Source: Microbacteriaceae bacterium
GTDB lineage: Bacteria; Actinomycetota; Actinomycetes; Actinomycetales; Microbacteriaceae
Length of the DNA: 54,110 bases
Assembly: GCA_021741825.1 (NCBI GenBank)
Contig: JAIOXB010000001.1
Span: 1-54,110, forward strand
Reading direction: 5' to 3'
Shown: one piece after another, positions 52,488-54,110 of the stretch
Numbering within the stretch: position 1 is the first letter of the stretch
Layout: each line of letters begins with the position of its first letter
The notes under the pieces: generated by a model
The model's database searches: none
What the model saw: only the letters and a program-made list of their open reading frames with translations
What the model was told of the DNA's origin: nothing
Program-made: the position numbers and the translations under genes

Positions 52488-52505
52488 GGCGGGCCGAAGC
52501 CCGCC
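52488..52505 (-). terminator. Hairpin terminator after rpmA
   Basis: Minus strand reads GGCGGGC-TTCG-GCCCGCC followed by TTGTCGTATTT. Confidence 0.7.
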
Positions 52506-52521
52506 CCGCCGAGTGAAAAAC

Positions 52522-52776
52522 TTAAGCGCTCTGAACGATGTTGATGACCTTGCGGCCACCCTTGGCACCGAACTGCACTGATCCAGCTACGAGAGCGAAG
52601 AGAGTGTCATCGCCACCGCGTCCGACGCCGGCGCCGGGGTGAAAGTGAGTGCCACGCTGGCGCACGATGATTTCGCCAGCCTTGACGACCTGGCCACCAT
52701 AGCGCTTGACGCCCAAGTACTGGGGGTTCGAGTCGCGTCCGTTACGAGTGGACGACGCTCCTTTTTTATGTGCCAT
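52522..52776 (-). CDS. rpmA: 50S ribosomal protein bL27
   Basis: [16 protein letters not shown] and IVRQRGT motifs. Confidence 0.98.
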   Translation of the reverse strand: MAHKKGASSTRNGRDSNPQYLGVKRYGGQVVKAGEIIVRQRGTHFHPGAGVGRGGDDTLFALVAGSVQFGAKGGRKVINIVQSA

Positions 52777-52794
52777 GTCGCTATTCTCCCTCGA

Positions 52795-53103
52795 CTACTT
52801 GATGCTCGTAATTTTCACGCGGGTGAGGTCAGCGCGGAAGCCCTGACGCTTGTGGTACCCGGTCTTGTTCTTGAACTTGTGAATGACGATCTTGGGGCCA
52901 CGAAGGTCTTCGAGAACCTGAGCCGTGACAGTCACTTTCGCGAGCGCAGCGGCGTTCGATTCGATCTTGTCACCGTCCACGAGAAGGACCGGAGCGAGGG
53001 AAATCGATCCCTTGTCGTCGGCCTTGATGCGGTCGACAGTGAGGATGGTCCCAACCTCGACCTTTTCCTGTCGCCCTCCGGCGCGCACAATCGCGTAAAC
53101 CAC
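52795..53103 (-). CDS. rplU: 50S ribosomal protein bL21
   Basis: [13 protein letters not shown] and KNKTGY motifs. GTG 53103 with SD AAAGGA. Confidence 0.97.
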   Translation of the reverse strand: MVYAIVRAGGRQEKVEVGTILTVDRIKADDKGSISLAPVLLVDGDKIESNAAALAKVTVTAQVLEDLRGPKIVIHKFKNKTGYHKRQGFRADLTRVKITSIK

Positions 53104-53164
53104 GGTGATGTCCTTTCGAAAACTCGGTGCGGGCCTGAACTTTGGCATTGCGCACCAACGGTCA

Positions 53165-53193
53165 AGAATAGCCGAATGGTGCCGTTCAGGCAA
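53165..53193 (-). promoter_or_regulatory. Housekeeping-sigma promoter of rplU-rpmA
   Basis: TTGCCT-N17-TATTCT. Confidence 0.65.
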
Positions 53194-53199
53194 ATCCAA

Positions 53200-54110
53200 T
53201 TAGCCGGTCGGCGTCGATTCGTCGGAAGAGGTGTCCGAGGTTGCTTTCTTTGTGGCCCGGCGAGGTCGACGAGCGGTTCGCGCGCCTGGTTCCGGTGCCT
53301 CGGGAAGCGAATCGAGAAGTGAATCGAGATCCGCGATCGGCTTGCCCTTGACGCCCGCCGTTGCGCCTTCGGCGCTGTCGTGGTTTACGGTCGCCGTTGC
53401 GATCGCGGCGAGTGCACTACGGGCGCTGTCGGTGATTTCGTGAGTACCCGTCTGGCCTTGTTGCTGCTTGGGCTGAGTCATCTGTTTCCCGCGACCGCGA
53501 CGCGATGCGCCGGGCTCTGGGGAGCCTTCGACTCGAGCCTTTCCAACGGGTTCGTGGTGAATGATGAGTCCGCGGCCTGCACAGACCTCACACGCTTCTC
53601 CAAAGGTCTCGAGTAGTCCAAGACCCAGCTTCTTTCGAGTCATTTGGACCAGACCGAGGCTCGTGATTTCGGCGACCTGGTGTTTGGTTCGGTCTCGCGA
53701 CAAGCACTCGATGAGGCGGCGCTGAACCAAGTCGCGATTGGTTTCGAGCACCATATCGATGAAGTCGATGACCACGATTCCGCCGATGTCGCGCAAACGC
53801 AGTTGGCGAACGATTTCCTCGGCCGATTCGAGGTTGTTCTTCGTCACGGTTTCTTCGAGGTTTCCCCCCGAACCGATGAACTTGCCGGTGTTGACGTCGA
53901 TGACGGTCATCGCCTCGGTACGGTCAATGACGAGCGAACCGCCCGACGGCAACCACACCTTGCGATCGAGAGCTTTGATGATCTGCTCGTTGATCCGATA
54001 GGTGTCGAACGGGTCAGTTCCATCGTTGTGATCGATGATCCGTTCAATCAAATCAGGCGCAACCTGGGCGAGATAATCCGAGATGACGGCCTTGGCTTCG
54101 TCACCGTGGA
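53200..54110 (-). CDS. rne: Rne/Rng family ribonuclease, 3' part (runs off the window)
   Basis: GGSLVIDRTEAMTVIDVNTG, RQLRLRDIGG, IDFIDM and CEVCAGRG motifs. Confidence 0.95.
   Translation of the reverse strand, partial: HGDEAKAVISDYLAQVAPDLIERIIDHNDGTDPFDTYRINEQIIKALDRKVWLPSGGSLVIDRTEAMTVIDVNTGKFIGSGGNLEETVTKNNLESAEEIVRQLRLRDIGGIVVIDFIDMVLETNRDLVQRRLIECLSRDRTKHQVAEITSLGLVQMTRKKLGLGLLETFGEACEVCAGRGLIIHHEPVGKARVEGSPEPGASRRGRGKQMTQPKQQQGQTGTHEITDSARSALAAIATATVNHDSAEGATAGVKGKPIADLDSLLDSLPEAPEPGARTARRPRRATKKATSDTSSDESTPTG

Overview
This is a 54-kb chromosomal segment from a high-GC actinobacterium; gene content, order and motifs fit Microbacteriaceae (inference). Bases 1-7.3 kb form an AT-richer surface-glycan island: a GT-C-like membrane protein, a GT2, an 877-aa double methyltransferase, a small coiled-coil ORF and a tandem GT2-GT2. 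The rest is mostly core genes on the minus strand: leuA with a Leu leader peptide, era-CNNM/CBS-ybeY-phoH-HIT-rsmE-dnaJ-hrcA with a CIRCE, hemW, truB, two ALDH genes, deoC, ribF, lepA, holA-comEC-comEA, leuS, pdxH, tRNA-Ala(GGC), rsfS, nadD, proAB, obgE, rpmA, rplU and partial rne. Also present are rpsT, a divergent pabB/pabC-like pair and an IclR-hutHUI-hutG cluster. Most notable observations: (1) DeoC fused to a SorC/DeoR-type HTH, with a perfect 14-bp palindrome abutting its own -10 and a split ALDH16-like pair downstream, making a candidate self-regulating 'trigger enzyme' system; (2) the block carrying it appears circularly permuted and sits between lepA and hemW; (3) ribosomal protein bS20 carries a 61-aa histone-H1-like tail; (4) a symmetric bidirectional leaderless promoter lies between pabB and pabC; (5) ComEC appears to lack its OB domain. 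No CRISPR, IS, integrase or rRNA was seen. No searches were run, so novelty is unverified.
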